A DNA stretch of 64,000 nucleotides, taken from the NCBI RefSeq assembly GCF_022045235.1, contig NW_027266319.1, positions 15,686,001 to 15,750,000 on the forward strand, read 5' to 3'. This DNA comes from Haliotis cracherodii (lineage: Eukaryota). Position 1 is the stretch's first letter; each line of letters starts with the position of its first letter. Below, in pieces: positions 12,600-26,700 of this stretch. The translations under genes were made by a program, and so were the position numbers. The notes beneath the pieces are model-generated. The model searched no databases and was not told the origin of the DNA. It was given only the letters and a program-made list of their open reading frames with translations.

Positions 12600-14547
12600 T
12601 CAGGGGAGTACATCCACTATTTCACAAATGCAGCGTCTCGAAAGACTGAGCACAGTCCATGTGTGACCCCACGACTGATGTAGAGCCACGTTCCCATCCC
12701 AGTTGCTGACACTTGATTTGTACCAGAATGTCAGAGTAATCTCCCTTCCGTCGATCCAGCGCCACGTCCCCTCGTCTTTGTACCCTCCAAGAAAGTAGTT
12801 AAAGCTGTCGTACACTGAAAAAAACATATGACATTGTCAAGAGTGCCCCTCTCGCCGCGCCCGACATAGTCAGCTATAACAAGTGAAAGTCGCTGTAAGA
12901 TGAAGAGGAACAATATCCGGAACGACAACTATGTCGGTCTTTCTCGAATTGTTCGTCGGATCTTGACGCACACCCGTCTGTTATATTTTTGCAAATATGT
13001 CTTTTGAATTACAAACAAAAGAGATATTTGTGTAGATATCGTTATGAAGCTACATATGAGCATTTCACATAATGTATTTAAGTAAATTACAAATGACATT
13101 TGGTTTGTATTTGACAAATTGATAGAAATGCATATGAAGAGTGAGTGAGTATGGTTTTACGCCGCTTTTAGCAATATTCCAGCAATATAACGGCGGGGGA
13201 CACCAGAAATGGGCTTCACACATTGTACCCATGTCGGGAATCGAACCCGGGTCTTCGGCGTGACGAGCGAACGCTTTAAAGTATAATATTAGGTGCACAG
13301 ATGCACAAAGCATGATTTTACAATGTAAATAAGTCTCGACCAGCCAATCCAGTGGTTGACATCATGAGCATCGATCCACGCAAATGGGATAGATGACATG
13401 CATCAGCCAAGTCAACGAGTCTGACCACCCGATCCCGTTACTCGCCTCTTACAACAAGCATGACGCCTTTTACAGCAAGACTTATTCTACCCCGGATCTT
13501 CACGGGTCGGTACAGGTGGTAATAAAATCATTACTATGGTCTCATTGTTAAGAATTGTGTCAAGGGGTTGATTAATTACCTTGGCTACTACGTGTCTGTC
13601 TCGCAAGCTCTGCTTGTTTTTCAGGCGTGTCAATGATCAGTAGTGAAGCATTTCCTTCGTTACACACCTGGACACATTCTACCCACAATCGCTGTTCCCG
13701 AAGGTGTTTGAAACAAAATTTTCCCACTCTGTTGAAGACGTAATCAATTGGGCACTTGTCTGAAGCAAAAGATAAATCCATAATAATTCATGTTATTGTG
13801 TTGAGTGATTAAGGTAAATGTATAAAAACACACTGGAAGGGACAATGTCCCCCTTTCAAAAACAAGCAAGAAGTGTCAAAATTAACAAGACGCGACAATG
13901 CGACAACACGACATTTTAGCCATTTGTCGCATTTTGATAAAGTCGCGTTGTCGCGTATTTTAACGCCTTTTTACACATTTCTGACGGGCGGACAATGCGA
14001 CAACACCACATATTGTAACCTTGGAAAATGTCGCGTTGTCGCATGATATGACTGAAATACTGTTCAAATGAGGGTTAAACCAAACTCACGTTAATGTATA
14101 GCCGTTATGACACTCGCAGCGACTCGAAAATATATATGCATGGAGGTCAATGTTAAAGCTTAACTGTCGTGTTTGCAGTCAGTAATAGAAATAAAACTTA
14201 ACTGTAATTCTTCAAGTAAGGTTTAGCTCACCCGTAAACAGCTTGAAGTAGCGCCATCCCAGTTGTGATACCCCTCTCATCATGTTGTAGAAGTGTACAG
14301 AGTGGAGCAGACATCTGCCGGTGAGGATGTTGTAGGAGAAGGAAACACAGCGGACGTCCCTGTGACACAAAGAGGCACAGTCCCCCCTGTGGGAGAGTCC
14401 AGCATGATCTGTGATCTCATAGCGTTCATCAAGCATATTGTCATAATCAACAACTCGGACCATTCGACTTGTACCACCTTGAACATTTGAGACAAAGCAA
14501 AAGCATGTTACTGCCACCCGAAGACACACTCGGATCATGTCGAACAT
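12600..14547 (-). CDS. Secreted PAN/apple + C-type lectin-like domain protein, paralog 1 (exons 14547-14232, 13759-13580, 12814-12600)
   Basis: Signal peptide, then PAN motif C-x3-C-x5-C-VSFSY-x5-RCLL. CTLD motifs CPIDY, CF, W-x2-C-x3-C, SLLIIDT-x-E, LGG, W-x-W-x-DG, FW and ICE. Both introns are GT-AG, phase 1. Confidence 0.88.
13138..13277 (-). mobile_element. tRNA(Asp-like)-derived SINE family B
   Basis: B-box ggttcgattcc and (actc)n tail. Other copies at 30490-30630, 32618-32785, 55354-55513 and a tail at 54194-54252. Confidence 0.75.
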
Positions 14548-14848
14548 ATATAAACTCTGTCTCTTCAGAGGCCGTGTAACAAACTTAATAACCCGTTCTT
14601 AAATCACAACTAATGATATCTATAACCTCAACATTTTGTCGATAGGTACAATTAACAAAGTCAGTTTTGATTGATTTTACCGATGTTTCAACACTAATGG
14701 CTTCATGGCGTATAACCAAACTATTATGATGAATATCGACTCACTTTGATATTGATGTGGTGGTTTATATTCAGCGATTCAATATCAACAAAACTTATTG
14801 CTGACATTCATTGTTATCTTGGAAGAGACAGAGACAGAGACAGGTCAC

Positions 14849-15326
14849 TCGGTTACAGGCCGCCTAAGCCACATTTCGAAAATAGATAGCCAAAATTGAT
14901 GTGGCTCGCGGGGCAATGGTTACGGTTGCGTGACTGTGGAATGTGGCTCTCGTGGCTATGCTGTCAAAACATGCTTTGTGATTCTAACAGGTTACCGTAT
15001 TTAACAAAACAAGACTTGTTTTCTCATTTTTTATTCAGATCATAACAGGGATAATATATTCATCAAAACATTACATTGATGGATATCATGACAGGTCTTA
15101 TTACATTGTCACATTACAGGTCACGATTGTGTAATGGATTGTTGTGTGGCACATCTAAAACAATGATAATGTTTGCACTTTCGATAATTTAAATGTGGGA
15201 CACTCATTTAAAGGTATCGGTAATCTGATTAATTAATTACCGGGTAGGTGAAATGCACACAGCTGAAAATGTGGCGCATTCGGCAATAGTCATTTTTGAA
15301 ATGTGGCTCAACCGGCTAGACACCGA
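14849..15326. mobile_element. TIR-bounded MITE upstream of lectin 1
   Basis: Left end tcggttacaggccgcctaagccacatttcgaaaat versus the reverse complement of the right end tcggtgtctagccggttgagccacatttcaaaaat. Confidence 0.5.
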
Positions 15327-15875
15327 TCACTCATTCCCTCCGTTCATTGTCACGTCGGCTTTGCACCCAATTCCGAACAACTGAAGATCAATTTTAACTT
15401 TTATCAGTTCACGTTTGTCCCAAAGCTTGATATAGCAACATAGGAAAAGATGGACCGCACAAATGTCCCAACTGGAATTCAACAGATCCAACAGCCCCAT
15501 ACAGGTGTATGATAATAGCAAGTAGGCCACACCCCTACTGCGTGGCAATCGGCTTTAATATGGTCCCCAGGCTCAAACTGCGCGCGGATCGAGTGAACAC
15601 TGAAACTGGTGTTTCCTACTTTGTGTTCTACTTTGTTGAACAATGCCTCCCTAACTTTAATCCTACTCCTCCTTGCAGTAAGTCAACACCTTCAGTAACA
15701 GTCGTTTACCCAACTGCGTTCAATACCTGATACAGAGGGTAGATCGAACTGTATTCACCGAGGGTGACTACAGCGTATTATTCTTACCGTAGTATGTATC
15801 ATTAATCACAATTTGAAGACTAAAATTTGTTGCGATGCGTTCGTCTGGCACCATAGTGACATTCCTCCTGGACCA

Positions 15876-15881
<6 letters not shown>

Positions 15882-15945
<64 letters not shown>
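15882..15945. repeat. (TC)n microsatellite
   Basis: Direct observation. Confidence 0.98.
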
Positions 15946-15947
<2 letters not shown>

Positions 15948-17039
15948 AGTTCTTGGGCACAAGAATTCAATTTCGAGTGAGGGTATAAGAATTTATGGAT
16001 GAACAACTACTTCATTACAGTTAAGAGCGACATTTCGGTGTAGGTTCTAACGCCGTTATCAAGCATGTGGTGAAGCGGTGTTAGAGCCGCTTCACCAAAA
16101 CCTCGCTCTTAATTATAATAAAGAAGTTGTCCAAATTCTTATCCATACTTACTACTCCAACTTCTAAATGCCTATCAAAGAAGCTATTTCAGACTGTTGG
16201 CGCCATGAGAGGCTTCCATGTTTTTTGGAGACAATGGTCTCCTCAGTTCATGATGTTTAGGTGTTAGCGTGTGATTCATTAGTGGTTTCGTTGTATTTTG
16301 AAAGAGTTGATTAATAAGAATTAAATGAAATAGCGATAAGATAACGTTTTTCTTGTAATTGAAGTGAAAGTGAACTGCATGTTCCTTGCAACAGAAGCGG
16401 AATTGATCTGTTTACAGCATGTTATGTACGTTAAACTGGCCTATTCAAAAGGTGTTAATCAGTTTATGAACAAATTCTCATCAAAAGTTAGAATTCATGG
16501 ATTTTCAAGGTGATAACGAAGTCAGTGTTGAGTACTGTCGTTCAACCTTTCGCGATGAAGCCAGTGTATAGAATCGGCGTTTGGTCGCTATGTGGTATGA
16601 ATAGTGTATACAGGGTGTATCGTGACATCTCTTGATGAAGTGCTTCACACGGAGATACTGCGGATACCGTTGTCGCATCCATCCACTTATGTTATAGAGT
16701 CTTTCTGTGGATTGATTTACTTAGTGTGACTGAATGCCATAAATGTTCAGTGAACGCGAAATTTGTCAATACATTCTCAAGATTTCTTTTTATTAATCCT
16801 TTCTCAGTTTCATGGTGTGTTCTCCATAAAAAGTTTGCCGGTCGTAATAGAACCGTATGTAATTATGAACTTATCCATTGGACGTTATAAGTTAATATTT
16901 ATACAAGCTGAACAATTTTGTTGTTGTATGGCAGACCAAATAAATAGAGGCTGTTTGTCTAATATTGTCATTGTTCTGTATGTATTCTATACAAAACAAA
17001 CAGTAAATTCTCCACAAAGTCCACAGCATCTTGACAACA

Positions 17040-17440
17040 TGGTATTTCCCCATGACTTGTTATTGCCCTATGTACCTTAACATAATATTGATGAGTTCTT
17101 CAAGCTATCATCTGATGTAATAATACCTTATTTTAAATTACTTTTAACACTGAGACAAGAACATTTTCCATCCTCGTGGAACATAGCAGTTATGAGTCCT
17201 CTTCATTTGTAGGGGACAAACAAGCTCCAAATACCACTGTTAAGTGCACATAGTAAATAAGACACAGTTCTCAATAAGACTTGGGTCCTGGTAAAATGCG
17301 TATGGGATAAACCTGAAGAATCCCATGCTGGTTTTCGCAAAGTTATAGCACCGTTGATAATATATTTATATTTACAACCAATTATCCAATGGTCTTAGTG
17401 TAAGAAGAGGTGACAATATGTTGATTTTTCAAAGGACTGT
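17040..17440 (+). mobile_element. Decayed non-LTR retrotransposon reverse-transcriptase fragment
   Basis: Frameshifted motifs FPSSWNIAVMSPLH and ESHAGFRK/YSTVDNIF, typical of the N-terminal part of LINE RTs. Confidence 0.65.
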
Positions 17441-17746
17441 GAGGTGGGAAGTGTCTATCTTACTTATAATTAGTTATAAACCGAAAGAAACAATCTGAAA
17501 CAACATTCATGAACAATTTTATGTTTCAAACATACTTTCAAAGAACCTCGGGGAACGGGAGTAATATATCTCGTGCTGATGGACAGACATACAAGCAGAC
17601 AGACAGAACATTGTAGCAAACCAGTAAGATAATAAACTTCAACTTCATTCATTCAAAATAGATGGCGTCATAGACAGACGTGCCATGACGTCATAAAGTC
17701 ATGTGATAAGTGACTAAGGCCGGTGTGTTACTGTAACATAGCTATG

Positions 17747-19973
17747 TAGCTTAAGCCCAAGAGCGTTAGATATAACCTGGGGAAAATAGTATGGCCGCCA
17801 TTATTTTTGAAAATGGTATGAAATTTTGTAGTTTTACATTAATGATATCATGCAATTTATAAAATGAAAGCCCTTTTTATAAGCTTTCAAAACCTTAAGC
17901 TTGTGCCATAATGAGGATTTGTTTTATGAGCATTTGAAGAATTATTTAACACGTTTTTAGCGGAATACCTGGTAATAGTCAGGTTGGGGCATAATAAAAA
18001 CAGTCTATGAAAGAAATAGTGTATGTCTGAATTTGCAATATTTTAATCAAACTGCTAAACAGTAGAAAACATCACCTTATTTTAATACAAAAGTTTAAAT
18101 ACTTTCTTATATAACAGTAGGATAGTCAAGTACTATTAAAATAAATCAATATGTGGGTCCAGTAGGATATTATGTCACTGGGAATTATAGACAGACAGAC
18201 AGTCTATTCAGTAATTCAGGCCTCAAGGCCTCAAAGTACGATGCAGATTGCATTTTAACATTTGTCACGTGATGTACATGATTAGATTTTAAATTAAGTG
18301 AAAAATATAAACAAAAACGGACTCAAAATGCAACCTTATCGTACACCGCTTGATATTAATATTGCTTACATTATACTGTGTGTTATTATGAACAGATTAA
18401 AATAAGAAAATGCAGCAAAGAGGGTTTGGGTGATCCTGGCACAGTCAGGCTGGTTAGGCTCATCATCAGCTCAGGGCCCTTGCCCCCTCTACACGCAGCC
18501 CAGACAGCGAATGGGACTTCTCCCAGGAAACGCTGCCTACTTAAACCCAACCAGAACCTTTCGGAGAATGTGAAGACGCCCCAACACTGCAGCCTTCTGC
18601 ATCACCCAGATTGTCAGTAGGGCTGTATTCCTGGCAGCAAACCCTGGTACTCTCCCAATGTCAGTCAACAGATTTGGAGGTACCAAACCTAAGGCATCGA
18701 GAATAATGGGGAGTCGGACAACTTGGTACTTGGGATGCAAGCGTGACATTTCGAAAGCGAGGTCTGCATATTTGCATCACATTAGTGTCAAAAGGGACAG
18801 AAAATTCAATAATATAAATGATTTCATTGGATTTATTATACAGGACAAAATCAGATTTGTTGGCCTGGATACGTCTGATGTATACGGACCTATTCCAAAG
18901 AATCTTATATTTATCATTTTCCATGACGCCTTCTACAAATTCTGGGTCGTACCATGGATGGTCCTGAGCAGCAAACAGAAAGCCTTCTGTTTCCCCTTTC
19001 AGGCAAGCAGACTTTACCCAAGAGACTTCATCCCTTCTCTACTGTGCGTCAACTTTTGTTTAGGAAGCATGCATTGCCATATCCATCCAACACCCTACTG
19101 TCTCTGGTCCATAGTGATTAAGTACACAGGATACATAGTGGTCACACACCTGACCGTAAGGGACACCTACAGGCCAGGGCAAACTTAGGAGCAGGCGACC
19201 ACAGTCAAGGATATACATATGTAGATTGTAGAATGTGGACATTGACTTCAGACTTGAGCAAACTTGCCAGGACATTCTTGTGCTTTTCCTGTGATGACTT
19301 TTACAAAAAAAGAGGTTGTTTGTTTGACAAACTCGTGAAGAAAATATGATTCTATTTTTGAGCTATCCTTTATCACACGTGATCCTCATGAATAATATTG
19401 TTGAGTTCATTTATACCTTTAATTATACCTCATTTATACTCCAATTAACAGTGCGCCTTGCTCGGATGAAACTTTGAATGACAGACACTTCAAATATTCA
19501 AACCAACATTTATTTAATATATTTACAAAATTAAACAATGACTACTGGAAAACAAAGATCATATGTGCACTTAAAATGCACTTTATTTCAAAATTTAAAA
19601 AAATACAAATTTAAGTAAAACAGTGAGTTATAAAGATTTTAAATCAACCTTACCATTAAACGTAAACACATTTGTTTAATGATTCTTTAAATGCTGAAAC
19701 TAGTTCTTCTAATCATTGCACATTGCTGAACCAGAAGTGTTACAAATATCATAAAAAGAGCCTTCATTTGAAATATTGCATGATATCATGAATATATGCA
19801 ACTACAAAATGGCATATCATTTTCAAAAATAATGGCGGCCATCTTGGAAATGGCAGCCATTTTGAAAATGTCACCAGTTGCATCAGTGTGACTTTCAGAA
19901 AATCTCAAGAAAATTTCAGCTTTCTACTATTTTTTTCCAGGTTGTTATTTTTGTCTAATGCTCTGTGGCTACT
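17747..19973. mobile_element. Non-autonomous DNA transposon with ~200-300 bp imperfect inverted repeats
   Basis: 17790-17960 (atggccgccattatttttgaaaatggtatg...) is the reverse complement of 19670-19843. The outer ends also pair (agcccaagagcgttaga / tctaatgctctgtggct). Confidence 0.65.
18537..18924 (-). mobile_element. Decayed 3' end of an R4/Dong-type non-LTR element (restriction-like endonuclease domain)
   Basis: Across a frameshift: ENDKYKILWN...ANKSD...IIEFSVPFDTN...PIILDALGLVP...MQKAAVLGRLHILRKVL. Confidence 0.7.
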
Positions 19974-20551
19974 AGTATGATACATGCTACAAACACTGTA
20001 TCAGCAGCAAAGGCATTCTGTAGTATCTTCTATTTATTCCATTGGTGAATATAATGTCAATATAGGGGACTGATTTAAGTCTTGAGTGGGTGTTTTGAGC
20101 CTAGAAGAAGGGTGATTTGAGCCCAGGCTAAAAAAAATCAGTGTTAATGTAAGCTAGGCATATTGGGGCAAGAGTGTGAGTATGGTGGATGCGAATACAT
20201 ACTTGAATATATGATATAAACAAACCAGTTCTATAATAGGCTTCAACTTAATTCTTTTTCATTTAACAAACATGGCGTCGCAGACGCAGATCAATGACGT
20301 CATCAAGCTTATAGTTTAAAAACAACCAGTAACTCTTGTGAAGCTAACGAGCAGGGTATTGTGCTAACAAACCCATAAACATAATCGGGCCGAACAGGAT
20401 TCGAACCCACGATCATAGGGTTCTGGCGTGCACAAGGGACGCAACTCTGTACAGCGAATTGCAGCGCCTCAGATGACTGCCCACTCTGTCCGTTTATAAC
20501 ATAGACAGGATTCACTTCTACCTTTAAGTTTAGTTGTATGTATACAGAGGG

Positions 20552-23500
20552 TTAGAATGATACATTCACTACTTCACATAAGGCACGTCTATTTGAAGTT
20601 CTCACAGCCCACATGTACTGAAACTTGCTCGAAATAGCTATGTGCCCAGTTTGTTTGTTGACAGTGGAATTGTACCAGAACGTTGGAGTTATCTCCCTTC
20701 CATCAACCCAGCGCCATGTCCCCTCGGCCTTGTAACCTCCAAGATAGAGGTTTATGTTCTGTATATCTGAAGGAGAACAGATTAGAATTAAGATATGTTG
20801 TGGACGAGAGACATATGTAATTTATGATAAAACAGTTTAGGGAATTATAGGGATCACTCATGTCATTCCGGGAGAGGTCTCCTTTCAGGTTACGGAAAGT
20901 GACGAGTGTTGACTATCAATACCTGCATGTTTACACAATAGTGTACAAAGGTAAGACGTTATGCCAGGTGCAGATGTATTGATTTCCAGTAGGGTCCGGT
21001 GTTGAGTGTCTTTTCTATTTCATTTCTTTTACATATATATAGTAGAAGTGGACTGACATATATATATCCCGGTTCCTTGGTTACTTACCTTGACAACAGC
21101 CAATCTGTTTAACAACTTCCGCTTGTTTTTCGGGTGTGTCAATGATCAAAAGCGAGCCTCCGCTGTCGTTGCAACGCCGGGCATGTTCGGACCAAGATGC
21201 TTGTAACAGGTCGTGTCGAAAACAGAACTTCCCTATCCTGTTGTACACGTAGTCTAGAGGGCACCGGTCTAGATACGATAAGATATACAATATGTTTACA
21301 GTTCAGCTCCTTACAACGATATTAAAACTAGAACAAGTAAATGGACTTTAATTTCGCTTCTGCTCGAATAGATTAACAAAGATTCTCTGATGTGGTTGTG
21401 TATAAATCAGTACAATGTTAAATGTACAACTTGTAGTAGAAGTGGACAGACATGTGTACAACTTGAAGTAGAAGTGAACTGACCTGTGTACAACTTGTAG
21501 TAGAAGTGGAAAGACATGTGTATAACTTGTAGTAGAAGTGAACTGACATGCGTACAACTTGTAGTAGAAGTGGACTGACATTTGTACAACTTGTAGTAGA
21601 AGTAGACAGACATGTGTACAACTTGTAGTAGAAGTGGACTGACATTTGTACAACTTGTAGTAGAAGTAGACAGACATGTGTACAAGTTGCAGTAGAAGTG
21701 GACTGACATGTGTACAACTTGTAGTAGAAGTGGACTGACATGTGTACAACTTGTAGTAGAACTGGACAGACGTGTGTACAACTTGTAGTAGAACTGGACA
21801 GACATGTGTACAACTTGTAGTAGATTTGGACAGACATGTGTACAACTTGCAGTAGAAATGGACTGACATGTGTACAACTTGAAGCAGAAGTGGACTTACA
21901 TGTGTACAACTTGTAGTAGAAGTGGACTGACGTGTGTACAACTTGCAGTAGAAGTGGACTGACATGTGTACAACTTGTAGTAGAAGTGGACTGACGTGTG
22001 TACAACTTGAAGAAGAAATGGACTGACATGTGTACAACTTGCAGTAGAAGTGGACAGACATGTGTACAACTTGAAGTAGAAATGGACTGACATGTGTACA
22101 ACTTGAAGCAGAAGTGAACTTACATGTGTACAACTTGTAGTAGAAGTGGACTGACGTGTGTACAACTTGAAGAAGAAATGGACTGACATGTGTACAACTT
22201 GTAGTAGAAGTGAACTGACATGTGTACAACTTGTAGTAGAAGTGAACTGACATGTGTACAACTTGTAGTAGAAGTGGACTGACATGTGTACAACTTGTAG
22301 TAGAAGTGGACTGACATTTGTACAACTTGTAGTAGAAGTAGACAGACATGTGTACAAGTTGCAGTAGAAGTGGACTGACATGTGTACAACTTGTAGTAGA
22401 AGTGGACTGACATGTGTACAACTTGTAGTAGAACTGGACAGACGTGTGTACAACTTGTAGTAGAACTGGACAGACATGTGTACAACTTGTAGTAGATTTG
22501 GACAGACATGTGTACAACTTGTAGTAGAAATGGACTGACATGTGTACAACTTGAAGCAGAAGTGGACTTACATGTGTACAACTTGTAGTAGAAGTGGACT
22601 GACGTGTGTACAACTTGCAGTAGAAGTGGACTGACATGTGTACAACTTGTAGTAGAAGTGGACTGACATGTGTACAACTTGTAGTAGAAGTGGACTGACG
22701 TGTGTACAACTTGAAGTAGAAGTGGACTGACATGTGTACAACTTGTAGTAGAAGTGGACTGACGTGTGTACAACTTGAAGAAGAAATGGACTGACATGTG
22801 TACAACTTGCAGTAGAAGTGGACAGACATGTGTACAACTTGAAGTAGAAATGGACTGACATGTGTACAACTTGAAGCAGAAGTGAACTTACATGTGTACA
22901 ACTTGTAGTAGAAGTGGACTGACGTGTGTACAACTTGCAGTAGAAATGGACTGACATGTGTACAATTTGTAGTAGAAGTGAACAGACATGTGTACAACTT
23001 GCAGTAGAAATGGACAGACATGTGTACAAGTTGCAGTAGAAATGGACTGACATGTGTACAATTTGTAGTAGAAGTAGACAGACATGTGTACAACTTGTAG
23101 TAGAAGTGGACTGTTATGTGTACAACTTGTAGTAGAACTGACTGACATGTGTACAACTTGTAGTAGAATTGGACTGACATGTGTACAACTTGTAGTGGAA
23201 GTGGACTGACATGTGTACAACTTGTAGTAGAACTGGACTGACATGTGTACAACTTGTAGTAGAAGTGGACTGACATGTGTACAACTTGTAGTGGAAGTGG
23301 ACTGACATGTGTACAACTTGTAGTGGAAGTGGACTGACATGTGTACAATTTGTAGTGGAAGTGGACAGACATGTGTATAACTTGTAGTGGAAGTGGACTG
23401 ACATGTGTACAACTTGTAGTGGAAGTGGACTGACATGTGTACAATTTGTAGTGGAAGTGGACAGACATATGTACAACTTGTAGTAGAAGTGGACTGACAT

Positions 23501-24553
23501 GTGTACAACTTGCAGTAGAAGTGGACTGACATGTGTACAACTTGTAGTGGAAGTGGACTGACATGTGTACAACTTGTAGTAGAAGTGGACTGACATGTGT
23601 ACAAGTTGTAGTGGAAGTGGACAGACATGTGTACAACTTGTAGTAGAAGTGGACTGACATGTGTACAACGTGTAGTAGAAGTGGACTGACATGTGTACAA
23701 CTTGTAGTGGAAGTGGACAGACATGTGTATAACTTGTAGTGGAAGTGGACTGACATGTGTACAACTTGTAGTAGAAGTGGACTGACATGTGTACAACTTG
23801 CAGTAGAAGTGGACTGACATGTGTACAACGTGTAGTAGAAGTGGACTGACGTGTGTACAACTTGTAGTAGAAGTGGACAGACATGTGTACAACTTGCAGT
23901 AGAAGTGGACTGACGTGTGTACCATATTGGAACTGATCTGTGTACAGGTAAAACGTTTTCGTTAGTTTAACGAGTATTATTCTAGCTATGTGACGGCGGT
24001 CTGTAACTAATCGAGCCTGGATCAGTTATCCAGAATCCAGTGATTGACACCAGGAGCATCGATCTAAGCAATTGGGACGATGACATACTTGTAGTAGAAG
24101 TGCTCTGACCTGTGCACAACGTATAGCACAACTTGAACTGACCGTTGGTCAACGTGTAGCTGAAGTGGACTTAACCTGTCTTCACCTTGGAGGACATGTC
24201 CAGGTATTTCAAAGCTTGAAGTAAATTCTCAACTTACCCGTAAACAGCTTGAAGTAGCGCCATCCCTGTTGTGATACCCCTCTCTTCATGTTGTAGAAGT
24301 GTACAGAGTGGAGGAGACATCTGCCGGTGAGGATGTTGTAGGAGAAGGAGACACAGCGGACGTCCCTGTGACACAAAGAGGCACAGTCCCCCCTGTGGGA
24401 GAGTCCAGCATGATCTGTGATCTCATAGCGTTCATCAAGCATATTGTCATACTCAGGGACACGTACCATGGAACTTGATCTACCCTGAGCATTCGATGGG
24501 ACTCCAAATGATAAAATTGTTAAAAGTAGAGCGACGTTGGTGATGACGGGCAT
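20552..24553 (-). CDS. Secreted PAN/apple + C-type lectin-like domain protein, paralog 2 (exons 24553-24238, 21268-21089, 20766-20552)
   Basis: Same exon phases as paralog 1. Signal peptide MPVITNVALLLTILSFGVPSNAQG. The last exon, absent from the ORF track, reads DIQNINLYLGGYKAEGTWRWVDGREITPTFWYNSTVNKQTGHIAISSKFQYMWAVRTSNRRALCEVVNVSF*. Confidence 0.88.
21422..23945. repeat. 32-bp intronic satellite, ~78 copies
   Basis: Unit gtgtacaacttgtagtagaagtggactgacat. Stray units at ~21040-21060 and 24087-24175. Confidence 0.97.
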
Positions 24554-25829
24554 TATGACACTTTCTACGTTAGGTTGACACGACAAAGATATCAAGATGA
24601 GAAGAGTTGAGCTATAATAAGAGATTGCTTCAGGAATCGTCATGGGAGATATCGACCATATTTACATTATCCATGTGGCTGCAATAGTCCATATGTGATC
24701 GATTATGATTGATTTTGTGTTCCCAATTTGATGTGTACTAAACGTTAACTTACTTTTCATTTAATTATCTACACAAGACCGACATAATATTCGTGGCGAG
24801 AGGTATGGTTTAAGTAACGGAAGAAAAACAGCTCAGATCATCACAAAAATTGTTTATCTGCCATCTCCTTTGTCTATCAGATGATGTCAACTGTTACAGG
24901 GATGACACTGTCCAACCTGTGATGATATATATATACGCCACACTCAGCAATATTCCAGCTATATGACGACGGTTTGTAAATAATCGAGTCTGGACCAGAT
25001 AGTCCAATGACTGATATCATGCGCATCGATCCACGCAACTGGGAAAATATAACATGCATCAACCAAGTCAGCGACTCTGACCACCCAATCCCGTTAGTCG
25101 CCTCTTACACAAGCGTGGGTTGCTGAAGACCTATTCTTACCCGGATGTCATTGGTCACATAGTATGCGACGTTTTAGTGCAAACGTTTGGTATCGCGTGT
25201 ATCAAATCATCACAGTCAGAAGTAGTCCAGCTCTGACACCAGACAGACCAGTGGTCGATATCATGAGAAATGCCTCACGCCGTCGGGGGTACTATGGCAC
25301 GCAATAAACCAAATACACTAAATGCGAAATGAACATATTATAATATAACCTAACATGTTCTGACATATTTAATATCAAAAGCAATCGTGCAGATCTACAC
25401 ATTACTGAAGGAGAACACGTATATGTAAGTATCTATTTGGCTGTAAATTTATATCATATTCATATTCATATTCCATGATATGGATCCGAACTAGTCGTTG
25501 TGCTTTCTATATTTCTAGTCACTTTTGTGTTATCAAATATTGGTTGAAACTATTAAGGACGGATGGAAATACATACGCGTTTCACTGTTATGAATAAAGG
25601 CAACAAAACCCATTCAATAATCATAAGACATATTAATTGATGTACGGATCTGACCATATCATTAGCATGTGTGAATCGCTATCAATTTGTGAAAGGGTGA
25701 GGGTGTCCATTCCCCACGGTGGCAGTCGGCACAAACACAAGTCAAGTGTGCACCTGAACAAACACGGGAACATATGCTACAATTCAAAATAACGGACATC
25801 ATTGTTGGCACTGATTACGTCAAGTTCGG

Positions 25830-26700
25830 AAATATCCTCCAGATACCTAATAAAACGTTTTGAAAACCTTGCAATGCCTTGAATGTTGTAACCCTGATCA
25901 AACACCTTTTGAGGAAGAGTCGTACGAGGCTCATAAAAATCTTCTTTTAAAGAGTATGTTCACTTGAACCTAAAAAAACTGCGAAATGTAGACACCAAAG
26001 GCTGGAGCTGCAGGAATATTGCTTGACATGAAGGCAAAGTTAATGTCAGACCTTTTGTCAAAATGTCTTGTGGTAATTTTCCTGTCACTAAATCTAGATC
26101 TAAATATGAAACAGATGGAGCGGTTCCACTGGTGTCTTCTATTTCTCGTTCAAATGAGTTGGTTGGTTTGTTGTTTAACGCCGCACTCAGCAATATTCCA
26201 GCCATATGACGGCGGTCTGTAAATAATCGAGTCTGGACCAGACAATCCAGTGATTAATGTCATGAGCATCGATCCACGCAATTGGGATCGATGACATGCA
26301 TCAACCAAGTCAGCGAGCCTGACCACCCGATCCCATTAGTTGCCTTTTACGACAAGCATATTCGCCTTTTATGGCAAGCATGGGTTGCTGAAGACCTATT
26401 CTACCCCGGATCTTCACGGGTCCGTTCAGGTGAGTAAATCAGTGGAAGGGAATTAGCTTGTTGACCAATTATTGAACGATATCAATTTACCTGAAGCTTA
26501 AGTAAAACCTCTTGGCCAAATTCCATTTTTATATTTTACCAATCCAAACAGAAATTCCGATTCATATGCATAACGAAACAGGTCCGCCAGGAGGGCGAGC
26601 ATAGTTGATGTATAGTGGGATGCCCTCTTCTTGCCTAAATTGTCCTATCCCCATCATATGGATGTTACGCAGGTCACACTTTGTTTCCTCTTTGCCTATA
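25830..26700 (-). mobile_element. Decayed Penelope-like retroelement RT fragment interrupted by a family C insertion (26160-26422)
   Basis: Frameshifted motifs SVSYLDLDL and NIPAAPAFGVYISQ. The outer boundaries are approximate. Confidence 0.6.

Noticed and set aside
21348-23925. Long ORFs up to 826 aa
   Set aside because: Translations of a 32-bp intronic satellite, open in several frames.
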